Positions 48,946 through 58,622 of a stretch of DNA of 64,000 nt are shown piece by piece. The DNA lies in contig RFGH01000074.1 in NCBI GenBank assembly GCA_003696675.1, forward strand, positions 43,170-107,169, in the 5' to 3' direction. This DNA is from Planctomycetota bacterium. Lineage in GTDB: Bacteria; Planctomycetota; Phycisphaerae; Phycisphaerales; UBA1924. Positions within the stretch are counted from its first letter, which is position 1, and every line of letters starts with the position of its first letter. The notes below the pieces were generated by a model. That model was not told the DNA's origin. It did not search any database and saw nothing but the letters and a program-made list of their open reading frames with translations. The position numbers and the translations under genes are program-made.

Positions 48946-49289
48946 AGGGTGGTCTCCGGTGGAGCTCGACGGGCGTGGGGGGACGCCCGGAACCCCGATT
49001 CAAACCCGTTCACCCCGAGCGGCATGCTGAGAACCCGTGTTCGGCCGATCCATGCGATCGGGCCGCGTTTGGTGGAGTCTGGCGAACCCTTCTGAAACCG
49101 GCGCGTAGGAGGAACCGATAGAAACAGCCAGGACGGGAATCACAACACGCCGCCGCGTGCGGCTGGCGGGATAGGCTCAATGCAAACGCCGACCCGGGCC
49201 CCCCCGGATCGACGACGACAGGCTATCTTAGCACGGACCAAACCAATGCGGGGAACGCGCCCCGCCAGACCGACGACGAGGACCCACCG

Positions 49290-50129
49290 ATGCCCAGAAA
49301 GTCCACGACCCCGATCATCCCCCTGACCCTGGCCGGCTTCCTGCTGGCGTCCGCCGGCTGCGGGCAGCGGATGGGGGGTCTACGGGCCCGGATCGAAGCC
49401 AACAAGCTCGCGCGGTCGGTGCCGGTCCAAGGCAGCCCGGTGACCATCGGTCAGATCACCGCGATCGACATCGAGAACCCCTGGGGCGATGTGGTGATCG
49501 ATGCCCGCCCCCGCAACGAGGAGTCCTTCATCGCCTTCAAAGTGCGGAAAGAAAGGCACCTCCGCTGGCGCGGGGCGTGGCAGGGCTTTGAGTTCGATCC
49601 CACCGGCGAGTACTTCACCGCGGTCCACGAGACCAACGGCGAAGTGGGCACCGTGGTGATCCGCCCGACCGATCTGACCGTCGAGGGCTTCCGCCCACCG
49701 ATTGATGTCATCGTGTATGTCCCCCGCGCCGACGGCGTGCGGGTCCGCAACGCGGGCGGCGATGTCAAGGTCATCGGCGCGGTCGGAGAGATCGATGTCC
49801 GTTCCGGCACGGACGACATGGCCGGTGGTGACATCGAGATCCGCACGGACGGCCGGCTGGTCGACCCGATCATCGCCACCTCCAACGGTGGTGATGTCAA
49901 GATCGTCGCCAGCAAAGATTCAGCCGGCACCATCGAGCTGGAAGCCCCGCGCGGGCGGGTTACATTCGACGGACGCTACGGCGTCACCCAGCATTCCCGC
50001 CCCGAAAAGGGCCGATGGACCGGTGTCTGGAACGACGGGCTCAATCAGATCAGCCTGCGCTCGGAAACCGGTGATGCCGTGATGGTCGTGGTCGATCACC
50101 CAACCATGTACACGCTCAAGGGCTGGTGA
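49290..50129 (+). CDS. Lipoprotein with DUF4097-like (putative adhesin beta-helix) repeats
   Basis: 279 aa. The lipobox is LLASAGC. The repeated units GDVKVIG..GEIDVRSG...GGDIEI and NGGDVKIV are present. Confidence 0.6.
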   Translation: MPRKSTTPIIPLTLAGFLLASAGCGQRMGGLRARIEANKLARSVPVQGSPVTIGQITAIDIENPWGDVVIDARPRNEESFIAFKVRKERHLRWRGAWQGFEFDPTGEYFTAVHETNGEVGTVVIRPTDLTVEGFRPPIDVIVYVPRADGVRVRNAGGDVKVIGAVGEIDVRSGTDDMAGGDIEIRTDGRLVDPIIATSNGGDVKIVASKDSAGTIELEAPRGRVTFDGRYGVTQHSRPEKGRWTGVWNDGLNQISLRSETGDAVMVVVDHPTMYTLKGW

Positions 50130-50158
50130 GAACAACAATCTCGCTTGCAGCCAACGAT

Positions 50159-50188
50159 AACGCCCCGCCATGTGCGGGGCGTTCTTTT
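50159..50188 (+). terminator. Rho-independent terminator
   Basis: AACGCCCCGC-catgt-GCGGGGCGTT (10-bp stem) is followed by CTTTTG. It lies between the convergent DUF4097 and PilZ genes. Confidence 0.85.
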
Positions 50189-50206
50189 GACAAGGCGGCC
50201 GACCTC

Positions 50207-51049
50207 TCAAGCCGCAGCACGCCGGGGCATCGCCCCGACATAACGGGCGATCTGATCGACCACGAACGCCTTGTGCTCAGGGTTGAGCGAAAAGTCGAAT
50301 GCCATGCCGGCGTATGTGTTCTGCATCGAATCGATGTGGGTGTGAGCCACTCGGGCGGTCAGCAGCAAGGGCACCGGCACGGTGGGGCGAAGATCGATCC
50401 GCAGGAAGTACGGATGGATGGAGTCGAAGGTCGCGTGCGACTGACGCGGGACGACGATGCCCACGCCGCCGCCGCCGATGTTGGCCAGGCTCGCCTCGAA
50501 CTTAGGACCGACCTCCGGAAGAGCCGCCGGATCATCGCTCACCGATGCCTGCCCCCCCGTTCGAAGGAGGTCCTCGACCTGCACCCGATTGGCCACCTCG
50601 ACCGCCGTCGCGGTCCTGGGATCCAGAAGCGGCCAGCATCCGACCGTGGGCAGCTGGAGTCCCAGCGTGGAGGTGCGTTCAATCGTGCGCCTCGAGCAGC
50701 GCTCGACCTGCTGGGGCGCGAGCACATGCATCGCACGCCCAGGCCTCGAACGGGTCTGTACCGTCTCGGATGCGAGCACCTTGCTCCGGAACATCCAGCG
50801 GTTCTGCCCGACGCTCATGATCCCGATCAGCGGGGTTCCGGGCGGAACCGGAAACGACCGCCCCATCGAGCCGGGATGTTCCACGACGATCGAATCGCCA
50901 TCAATGCCGTAAACATGGACACGCCAGACGAGATCGCTCCGCCCGGGATCTTCTCCCTGATCGATCGCAAACTCGAGCCCTCCCCCACGCTCGCAGATCT
51001 GCTGCAGGCATTCACGCCAGCGCTCGGTTCGGGATCGGTTGGCGGGCAT
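50207..51049 (-). CDS. PilZ-domain protein (YcgR-like: N-terminal PilZN-like domain plus PilZ)
   Basis: 280 aa. RRTIER matches the RxxxR motif. About 65 aa later, LANIGGGGVGIVV matches a (D/N)xSxxG-like motif. A beta-barrel-like N-terminal domain is also present. Confidence 0.7.
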   Translation of the reverse strand: MPANRSRTERWRECLQQICERGGGLEFAIDQGEDPGRSDLVWRVHVYGIDGDSIVVEHPGSMGRSFPVPPGTPLIGIMSVGQNRWMFRSKVLASETVQTRSRPGRAMHVLAPQQVERCSRRTIERTSTLGLQLPTVGCWPLLDPRTATAVEVANRVQVEDLLRTGGQASVSDDPAALPEVGPKFEASLANIGGGGVGIVVPRQSHATFDSIHPYFLRIDLRPTVPVPLLLTARVAHTHIDSMQNTYAGMAFDFSLNPEHKAFVVDQIARYVGAMPRRAAA

Positions 51050-51122
51050 GTCTATTCTCCGGGGTCGGGCCGGTGGGACCGTTCAGGTTGTCCCGCCAAA
51101 TCGGACCGGCATCGGGACGGCT

Positions 51123-53357
51123 TCACCTGGAAGGAGGCCGCGCACGCCGGGATCGTTTCTCGGACCGGAGAAGGTCGGCCTCGGCGGACCGATAGTCTCG
51201 CGGGTCCGTCGTAGCGTCGCGTGAAAAGCGAGCCGCATACAGCAGATCCGCGGCGGACCGCCAAACCTGCGCACGACCCTCGTCGATGTCAGCGGCAACC
51301 GATTCGATGTGCGCCCGCATCGGAACATGGCCCGGTTTGGGGCGGCCCACACAACGGAACGCGGTGAGCAGTGCCATCCTCAGCCGCTCTTCCGGCCCCG
51401 CGTGCCATGCACGCAGGCGGGCGAACCATCCGACGAATCTGGCAAGGATCGCATCCCAGATCGCACGCATCCACTCGCGTCGGTGATGAAGCACAAACCC
51501 GGCAAACATCGCGCCGCAGAAAACAGCCAGGCCGACCCAGGCCGCCTTGAGAACGAGCGGGGGACCACCATCCCGCAGCCGACCGATCATCCGGGAGCCA
51601 ATCCGAAGCAGCCCGAAATCGGAGGACATCGGCCCGAGCACCTGCCGCCGCGAGTTGGAGTCAAAGCCGACCACCCCCGCGACCCATGCGTACTCCACGG
51701 TTTCATACAACTTCGTGATCGAACGCCACAGGCTCGGATCGGGCTGATGGATCTGACGAAACTCCGCGCGAGGCGTCGCGTCAAAGGTCAGCCATGCGCC
51801 GGGAGAGACCTGTGCTTCGATCCACGCGTGGGCACTGCTCTCGCGGACGATGTACTGCCCCGTCACTTCGTTGAAGTCGGACACGACATAGCCAGTGATG
51901 ACCCGGGCATCGATGCCGACGCTTCGGCACATCAACGCCAGGGCGGACGCGAAGTACTCGCAATGGCCGACACGCCGTTCGTCGAGGAACCACTCCGTGG
52001 CGTCACGCCCCGGGGGTGTGGGCTGATCCTCCAGCGTGTAGGCGAAGTTGCTGCGAAGGTAACTCTCCATCGCGCGGACGGCAGCCACATCCTGCCGCAG
52101 CGGCCGGGTCTGAGGGTCGGGATCGATCCCGGCACCCTGCAGCACACGCTGTGCGAGCGAAACCACGCCGGCGGGGATGTCGGTCTCAGGCGGCGGACGC
52201 CTGATCTGGTCCTCCGGGTATGGGATCATGCGGAACTCTGGGTTGGACACCCGGACCCGATATTCCAAACGCCCACGCGTCTGCTCACAAAAGACCAGAC
52301 CGACGGAAGGATCGAACGCGATCATCCGACCCGATCCCAGAGGCGTCAGCTCGAGCGGCTCCCAGGCAGTGAACAGCGGCGTGCCGCCCGAGCGGGCGTT
52401 GCGCATCGTGATGCGTAGCTCGGTCTCCCATTCGATGCCGCCCGGCACCAGCCACGGCTTGATCGGCACGCCCTCCGGAATGAACTGGGATCGCACGAAG
52501 GAGGACCGACGCTCACGCGAGGCATCGCTCGTCCAACGCCCCGCGTTATACCCCTCGAGCACCGCTCCGCGGAGGTAGATCGGCGCGCCGTCCACCGCGC
52601 CGAGATTGCGTCCATGCCGATCCACCACGCTGACATCCATCACGGGAGTCGGCGACTGGGAGATCAATCCGGGTTGGCCAAGCTCCACCTCATCCGCAAA
52701 GCCGGTCGTCTGGCCCACGGCCGCATTGCCCCAGCTCCCGAATGCCTCGCTGCCGAGGTCACGCGGGAGCAGGACGAAAATCACCGTCGCGAGCACCATG
52801 ATCGAAGAACCGATCCCCCACTGCAACCGCCCGAGTGACCTGCGAAAACCCTCTGGCGTGGGCTGACGCCCGTCCGTCCCGGCACGCTCGCACGCAGCAA
52901 AGACCTGAAAACGCAGCACGGCACGCAGAAGGAGCACAGCGGAAACAAGCATCGCGATGCCGGTCCCGATCGAGTTGTTGGTCAGGACCGCCGAGATCAC
53001 GAGCGCCGCCGAGAGCGTGATGACCTGGCCCCAGTCGCGCGCGACACGCAGATCGAGCAGCTTGACGACCATGATCAATCCGATGAAGAACGCGAACGCA
53101 TCGACCGTAAAGCCCAGCCGGAGCGTCTGCACGATGCCGAACCCGATCACTCCGATCAGACCGGCGTTGATCGCACGCCGTGGCGCGACCCGATCGGCGC
53201 CCGCGCCGAGCAGCCATGTCACCGCGGCCCCGATCCCGACCACCGCCGCGAACGCCGGCGAAAGCGATGCCACCGCGAACGAGAGCACACCCGAGGTCAC
53301 GGCCCAGCCGACCGCCCGCCGCATCGCGTCGCGCACGGAGAGTGAACTCTCGGTCAT
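51123..53357 (-). CDS. Transglutaminase-like membrane protein (TgpA / DUF3488-transglutaminase)
   Basis: 744 aa. A multi-TM N-terminus is followed by the catalytic core GHCEYFASALALMCRSVGIDARVITGY....HAWIE. Confidence 0.88.
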   Translation of the reverse strand: MTESSLSVRDAMRRAVGWAVTSGVLSFAVASLSPAFAAVVGIGAAVTWLLGAGADRVAPRRAINAGLIGVIGFGIVQTLRLGFTVDAFAFFIGLIMVVKLLDLRVARDWGQVITLSAALVISAVLTNNSIGTGIAMLVSAVLLLRAVLRFQVFAACERAGTDGRQPTPEGFRRSLGRLQWGIGSSIMVLATVIFVLLPRDLGSEAFGSWGNAAVGQTTGFADEVELGQPGLISQSPTPVMDVSVVDRHGRNLGAVDGAPIYLRGAVLEGYNAGRWTSDASRERRSSFVRSQFIPEGVPIKPWLVPGGIEWETELRITMRNARSGGTPLFTAWEPLELTPLGSGRMIAFDPSVGLVFCEQTRGRLEYRVRVSNPEFRMIPYPEDQIRRPPPETDIPAGVVSLAQRVLQGAGIDPDPQTRPLRQDVAAVRAMESYLRSNFAYTLEDQPTPPGRDATEWFLDERRVGHCEYFASALALMCRSVGIDARVITGYVVSDFNEVTGQYIVRESSAHAWIEAQVSPGAWLTFDATPRAEFRQIHQPDPSLWRSITKLYETVEYAWVAGVVGFDSNSRRQVLGPMSSDFGLLRIGSRMIGRLRDGGPPLVLKAAWVGLAVFCGAMFAGFVLHHRREWMRAIWDAILARFVGWFARLRAWHAGPEERLRMALLTAFRCVGRPKPGHVPMRAHIESVAADIDEGRAQVWRSAADLLYAARFSRDATTDPRDYRSAEADLLRSEKRSRRARPPSR

Positions 53358-54514
53358 GACCCCACCCCCGACGGGAATCGAAGGGATGGCGGCAATGCTT
53401 CACCCGGTGCGAGCCAATCCTCCGGACGCGACAGATCGAGCCGGGGTTCGTCCTCGCCCGTTGTCGCCGGCGGGAAAAGCGGCAGGATGAGAATCCGATC
53501 CGCGCCGCTGATCTGGGGCCTGCTGTCCGGCGTCGGCCGGGCATCCGGGTCAACCCGTGCCAACGCGTCCGCGACGCGCGCTTCAAAGGCCGGTCCCCGA
53601 GCAGGCGGGAGCCGAATCCCTGCCCAAGGCACCCATACTCCCACATCGCGACCCGCCAGCGATCCGGACCGGACCAACGCGAGGACGACCGAGAAAGCCC
53701 GCTCGAGATAGATCGCGCCATCTGCGTTCGCCGGGTCGGGAGCCGTCACCCAGACCCAGAGACTGCTGCCCGGGGGTTCGCCGTGTTCGACCACCAGCAA
53801 CGAGCCCCGCCGCGCGCTCGCTCGCCAGGAGATCGTGCGTCGGGGATCACCCTGCGCGTACTCCCGCAGGCCGTAGTAATCTCCCACCCATCCACGCCTG
53901 GCCCGTCGCACCTGACCCGTCGACACACCGCGATCTCCCTGCCGGATGACCTCAGTGCGAATCTCGATTCGTGCTGGCCCGACGACCACCACCCGAGGCT
54001 TCGAGAACTCCAGCGTCTTGTGCATCAGCCCGAAAGGGAAACGCGTCTCTACGAGAATGCGATCCAAGGTGAAAACGCCCCGTTTCTGGGGGATCCACTC
54101 CGCCTCGATCCCCACCCTGTCTCCCGGCCCGAGTCTCGGCAGGCACACGCCGCGTCCCCCCTTCGGCATGGAAACTTCACGGAGTTCGATAGCGAACACC
54201 GGCAGCCAGCGGTTGCGGCTGACGAGCGTGTAATGCAGTTGCGTCGGTCGATCGGCCTCGGCAGGCCCGGGATCGTGAGCAATCAACCGCACGCCCATGA
54301 GACCGGTGCCCGACACCACGCCGGAAACGATCACCCCGCCGATCGCGACGCCAAACACCCAGAACAAGAGATTGTTCTGCGAGTTCACCGCACCCACAGC
54401 AAGGAACACCGTCAGACCGACGAAGATGAAGCCCGAAACGCTCAGTGCCGCCCGCCGCGCCACCGGATCGAGCCCGGCATCAGCGGAAGCGTTTTTCGGA
54501 CGGATACGGCTCAT
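53354..54514 (-). CDS. DUF58 domain protein
   Basis: 386 aa. Two N-terminal TM helices are followed by GDYYGLREYAQGDPRRTISWRASARRGSLLV, the DUF58 signature. It has a 4-nt overlap with the TgpA gene. Confidence 0.88.
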   Translation of the reverse strand: MSRIRPKNASADAGLDPVARRAALSVSGFIFVGLTVFLAVGAVNSQNNLLFWVFGVAIGGVIVSGVVSGTGLMGVRLIAHDPGPAEADRPTQLHYTLVSRNRWLPVFAIELREVSMPKGGRGVCLPRLGPGDRVGIEAEWIPQKRGVFTLDRILVETRFPFGLMHKTLEFSKPRVVVVGPARIEIRTEVIRQGDRGVSTGQVRRARRGWVGDYYGLREYAQGDPRRTISWRASARRGSLLVVEHGEPPGSSLWVWVTAPDPANADGAIYLERAFSVVLALVRSGSLAGRDVGVWVPWAGIRLPPARGPAFEARVADALARVDPDARPTPDSRPQISGADRILILPLFPPATTGEDEPRLDLSRPEDWLAPGEALPPSLRFPSGVGS

Positions 54515-54939
54515 GAATCGGGGGACTTCGCACGCTCAACGGCGGTGCAGAGCAGGTGCTTCCCGCCGGATGGCAGGAACGACCTGGTGTGGGCCGAATA
54601 GATCGAGTCACCCTGCACGCGAACCACGACTGCGCCGCCGGGGTGCTGGCCCCGCCCGAGCGGGATCTCGAACGCCCCGGTTTCGTCGCTGACGACCTTG
54701 GCGATCACGCCGCCCCCTCTTGGGCCGGTGTCCCGCAGCAGGGCGACCTCGACCCCCCCGATCCCGGGGTTCTGCAGACGCTCATCATCGCTCGCGACCA
54801 CCGTCGTGACCCCGACCGGGCCCGGGACCACCTTTCCTCGGATCTTGCTGGTTCCCCCGCAGCCGACCAGGAACATCGCGACGGCTGCCAGCGCAACGAG
54901 CAGCGGCGAACGGGGCATGCGGGCGTCCTTGCGAAGCAT
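54511..54939 (-). CDS. Lipoprotein with a carboxypeptidase-regulatory-like (CarboxypepD_reg) beta-sandwich
   Basis: 142 aa. The lipobox is FLVGC. IRGKVV.......GGVEVALL.......VSDETGAFEIPL matches the domain pattern. It overlaps the DUF58 start by 4 nt. Confidence 0.55.
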   Translation of the reverse strand: MLRKDARMPRSPLLVALAAVAMFLVGCGGTSKIRGKVVPGPVGVTTVVASDDERLQNPGIGGVEVALLRDTGPRGGGVIAKVVSDETGAFEIPLGRGQHPGGAVVVRVQGDSIYSAHTRSFLPSGGKHLLCTAVERAKSPDS

Positions 54940-54966
54940 GGGGGAAATCCTCGTTGTGGAGATGCG

Positions 54967-55620
54967 TCAGGAAGCCTGGCTTTGTTCCAGCCGATCGGCC
55001 AGTTCTTCGGGCTTGGGCAGATCCTTGATCGTCGCTAGGCCGAAGGCATCAAGGAACTGCGGCGTGGTTCCGTAGAGCATCGGGCGTCCGAGCTCTTCGG
55101 CTCGACCGGTGATCTTGATCATCTTGCGGTCCATGAGGGAACGGAGCACCTCGCCGCACGCCACCCCTCGGATGGCCTCGAGCTCGGCCCGGGTCATGGG
55201 CTGCCGATAGGCGATGATGGCGAGGGTCTCCAAGGCCGCGCGGCTGAGACGGGTGGATGCCCGGGCCCGGTGCATGGCCGCGATGACCGGGGCGTGCTCG
55301 GGGCGGGTCATCAGGCGGTAACCGCCCGAGACCGGTTCCACGCGGAAGGCCCGCCCGGTCTGGTCGTAATGCTCGTTCAGTCGGGCGATCGCCTGCTCGA
55401 CCTCGGCGGGTCCAACGGGGGCATCCAAGACCCGCCCGAGTGGCTCGGCGATCTTCGCGGTGGGTATCGGACGGTCGACGGAGAGCAGCATCGCTTCGAC
55501 GGCCGCGTCAATGCCGGGAATCGGGGCCGCAGGCCCATTTTCCCCCTCATTCAAGGGGGCTTCGGTAACCGGGGAATCGACTGTCTCAACGGCGGTTTGG
55601 GGCATACGGGATGCTACCAC
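54967..55620 (-). CDS. scpB: Segregation and condensation protein B
   Basis: 217 aa. VEAMLLSVDRPI, LSRAALETLAIIAYRQPMTRAELEAIRGV and GRPMLYGTT.FL..FGL match ScpB. Confidence 0.9.
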   Translation of the reverse strand: MVASRMPQTAVETVDSPVTEAPLNEGENGPAAPIPGIDAAVEAMLLSVDRPIPTAKIAEPLGRVLDAPVGPAEVEQAIARLNEHYDQTGRAFRVEPVSGGYRLMTRPEHAPVIAAMHRARASTRLSRAALETLAIIAYRQPMTRAELEAIRGVACGEVLRSLMDRKMIKITGRAEELGRPMLYGTTPQFLDAFGLATIKDLPKPEELADRLEQSQAS

Positions 55621-55664
55621 GCCTCCGCGGCATCTGCCCAGCTGCTTCGGCGTATTCTGGGGCG

Positions 55665-56510
55665 ATGCAGCACCTCGACGAACCGATCCCCTCCCGCCAG
55701 CACAGGTACGAGGGGCTGCCCGAACTGACGGAACTGATCCTCCATCGGCGTCGCGAGACGGTCTTCCTGCTTTTCGCGGGACTCTTCCTCGGCACGCTGG
55801 CGATGCTCAATATTCTGGGGATCACCCGTTTCATCAAGCTGTTCGAGATCACCGGTAACGACGGCGGGCCGCTGGTGGTGGCCGGGGTACCCCTGGTCTT
55901 CGCGGTGGCGGTGGGCGTCCTGCCCTATCCGATGACCTTCTTGTGCACGGATTTCATCTCGGAGCTGTACGGGCGGCGACGGGCGAACACGGTGGTCTGG
56001 ATCGGTCTGATCCTGAATCTTTGGGTGGTGGCCATCCTCTGGTTTGGGGGGGTGCTTCCCGGCTTTGAAACGGTCGGGGCGGACGGGACGATCGCTCCAG
56101 ACGCCGCGGGGCGGGTCCCGGTGTTCTTTGAGGTGCGGGCACTGGCGTTCGGGGCGGTCACGGCGTCGATGATCGCGTATCTGGTGGCCCAGCTGGTGGA
56201 TGTCCATGTCTTCCATTTCTGGAAACGACTGACGCGGGGGCGGCACTTGTGGCTTCGCAATAACGGATCGACGCTGGTCAGCCAGTTGGTGGATACGACG
56301 GCGGTGATTCTGATTACCCACTTCTACGCGCATGCACTGCCAGTGGACGACGAGCTGGCGATCTGGCCCCAGTTGCTGGTGTTCATCTTGACCGGCTACG
56401 CGTTCAAGCTGGCCGCGGCGTTGCTTGACACAGTGCCGTTTGTGGTCGGGACGCGGTATCTGGTCCGATATCTGCGTCTCCCGCCGCCGGGTGTTTCACC
56501 TAATCCCTGA
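55665..56510 (+). CDS. yhhQ: Queuosine-precursor transporter (YhhQ/VUT, DUF165 family)
   Basis: 281 aa from ATG 55665. PYPMTFLCTDFISELYG, MIAYLVAQLVDVHVF and NGSTLVSQLVDT match the YhhQ family blocks. Confidence 0.8.
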   Translation: MQHLDEPIPSRQHRYEGLPELTELILHRRRETVFLLFAGLFLGTLAMLNILGITRFIKLFEITGNDGGPLVVAGVPLVFAVAVGVLPYPMTFLCTDFISELYGRRRANTVVWIGLILNLWVVAILWFGGVLPGFETVGADGTIAPDAAGRVPVFFEVRALAFGAVTASMIAYLVAQLVDVHVFHFWKRLTRGRHLWLRNNGSTLVSQLVDTTAVILITHFYAHALPVDDELAIWPQLLVFILTGYAFKLAAALLDTVPFVVGTRYLVRYLRLPPPGVSPNP

Positions 56511-56607
56511 AGACGGCTGGGCTTCCGAGCAAAGCGGACCGGACTGGACCGCCCCGCTGGTCGATAGGAATGTCGGAGGCGGCTGGGATTTCTCGGCCGG
56601 ATGTCGC

Positions 56608-57003
56608 ATGACCAAACCGTTGATCCTTCTCGTTGACGACGAGGCCCACATCACGCATGTCATGTCTCGCGCGGTGCAGTCCGCGGGCTTCGAGGCGATG
56701 ACAGCCGAGGACGGCGAAGAGGCGTACGAGCTGGCATGCGAACGCCGTCCGACGCTGATCGTGACCGACCTTCAGATGCCGTACATGAGCGGGATCGACC
56801 TGGCCAAACGGATGAACGAACATCACGAACTCGGAAATATCCCGGTGATACTGCTTTCAGCGCGCGGATATGTCGTGTCTGAGGAGGCCGGGGATCTGAA
56901 GAACATCCGCATGATCATCGAGAAGCCCTTCAGCGCGAAGAGCGTGGTGGGCCATATCCGGGATCTGATCGGCGGTGACGAGAGCGGAAGGACTGCCGCG
57001 TGA
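56608..57003 (+). CDS. Single-domain CheY-like response regulator
   Basis: 131 aa. LILLVDDE....TLIVTDLQMPYMSGIDL....PVILLSA....KPF matches the receiver domain. Start at ATG 56608. Confidence 0.9.
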   Translation: MTKPLILLVDDEAHITHVMSRAVQSAGFEAMTAEDGEEAYELACERRPTLIVTDLQMPYMSGIDLAKRMNEHHELGNIPVILLSARGYVVSEEAGDLKNIRMIIEKPFSAKSVVGHIRDLIGGDESGRTAA

Positions 57004-58607
57004 GCCTGCTGCGCCCGGGAACCCATCAGCCGGTGCCGCGGGAGCTGGTAGCCAGATGCCACGAGCTCGGGCTGCTGACTTGGCGACTCGACGCCAACGG
57101 GCTGCCGATGGAAGAGCCGGACGCGCCGGAACTCCTGGCGATGTGGATGTCGTCGAAGCAGTTCCGAGCGGAACTGACCACGCTGGCATCGGCTTGGTCG
57201 GGAATGGATACGCCGCAAGCGGTCGAGCCGCGCCCGGGCATGTGGGTGTTTCCTTTCGAGGAAGTCCACAGGAGGCGTCGGACCGGGTATGTCGTTGCGA
57301 TCGGGTTTGGGCGGGAGATTCTGGAATCGGACCTGCTCGAGCCATCGTGCGTGGGTGGTTCGTTGCAGTTGAGCGCGGTCAGGCACCAGCTCGCGGCCCA
57401 TGCGACGCTGAATGAGCGGTGCGCGCAGCACCTATCGAGTTCGCTCCGCTGGATGTTCAACGATCTGACGCGGAGCACAAAAGACACGCAGACCATCGGG
57501 GGCTTCACCGAACAGCTCGGTTTCGCGTATGAGACCGTGACGATGCTGTGCGAGCTCGGGCGGAGCATGGGTTCGATCGATGACCCAATGTCGTTCATAC
57601 GGGCGGTGGCGGAGAGCCTGGCGGAGACGCTGCAGTACGGCTGGGTCGCGGTGCGTCTGACGGACGAGAACGGGGACAAGGTCCACCAGTACGGCTCCGT
57701 ACGGTTGGATGACGGGGAACTCGGCGTGACCATCGCGCGGATCGACTCCGGCGAGCCGGACGCGGTCGCGGGCAGTACGCAGATCTACGGCGTGGACGAC
57801 CCTTCCTCGCGGCTGGGCCCGCAGGTGGTTTGCCATCCGATCGAGCGGGCCGGGAAGCGGTTCGGCATGATCATCGCAGGGGGGAAGGCCGGGGATGATC
57901 CGCAGGTGTCGACCTACGAGACCAAGTCGTTCGAGTCGTTGACGGGCCTGCTCGGCGCGTTTCTTGAGAATGTCGGGCTGTATGAGGAGCAGCGGCAGAC
58001 CTTCCTCGGGACCATCCGGGCGATGTCGGGGGCGTTGGACGCGAAGGACCGGTACACCCGCGGCCATTCGGACCGGGTCGCGCATCTTTCCGAGGGGATT
58101 GCGCGTTCGCTGGGGTTCGATGAAGATGAAGCCAAGCGGGTGCATCTGGCGGGCATTCTGCACGACATCGGCAAGATCGGGGTACCGGAGTCGGTGCTTT
58201 GCAAGCCGGGGCGGCTGACCGACGAGGAGTTCGGCAAGATCAAGCTTCACCCGGAGATCGGGCACGAGATCCTCAAGGGGATCCCCAGCCTGCGCGATGT
58301 GCTGCCCGGCGTGCTGCACCATCACGAGCGGTATGACGGGCGGGGCTACCCGCACGGGCTTGCCGGGGAGGACATCCCGCTGCTGGCCCGCATCATCGGG
58401 GTTGCGGACACCTTCGACGCGATGAGTTCGAACCGGGCCTATCACAGCAAGATGCCGCGCGAGGTGGTGCTGGCGGAGATCCGCAAGTGCTCGGGCAGCC
58501 AGTTCGACCCCCGGGTCGCCGAGGCTTTCCTGACGCTGGACCTGTCCGAGTATGACCGGATGGTGGCGGATCACGCCTCGCAGGATGCTTTTACTCAAGC
58601 GGCGTAG
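57000..58607 (+). CDS. GAF / HD-GYP domain c-di-GMP phosphodiesterase-type protein
   Basis: 535 aa. The GTG start overlaps the response-regulator stop. The C-terminus has HSDRVA...LHDIGKIGVPE....HPEIG....HHERYDGRGYPHGL (HD-GYP). A GAF-like middle domain and a ~150-aa unassigned N-terminal region are present. Confidence 0.88.
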   Translation: MSLLRPGTHQPVPRELVARCHELGLLTWRLDANGLPMEEPDAPELLAMWMSSKQFRAELTTLASAWSGMDTPQAVEPRPGMWVFPFEEVHRRRRTGYVVAIGFGREILESDLLEPSCVGGSLQLSAVRHQLAAHATLNERCAQHLSSSLRWMFNDLTRSTKDTQTIGGFTEQLGFAYETVTMLCELGRSMGSIDDPMSFIRAVAESLAETLQYGWVAVRLTDENGDKVHQYGSVRLDDGELGVTIARIDSGEPDAVAGSTQIYGVDDPSSRLGPQVVCHPIERAGKRFGMIIAGGKAGDDPQVSTYETKSFESLTGLLGAFLENVGLYEEQRQTFLGTIRAMSGALDAKDRYTRGHSDRVAHLSEGIARSLGFDEDEAKRVHLAGILHDIGKIGVPESVLCKPGRLTDEEFGKIKLHPEIGHEILKGIPSLRDVLPGVLHHHERYDGRGYPHGLAGEDIPLLARIIGVADTFDAMSSNRAYHSKMPREVVLAEIRKCSGSQFDPRVAEAFLTLDLSEYDRMVADHASQDAFTQAA

Positions 58608-58622
58608 GGCTTCGTTGGTCGA

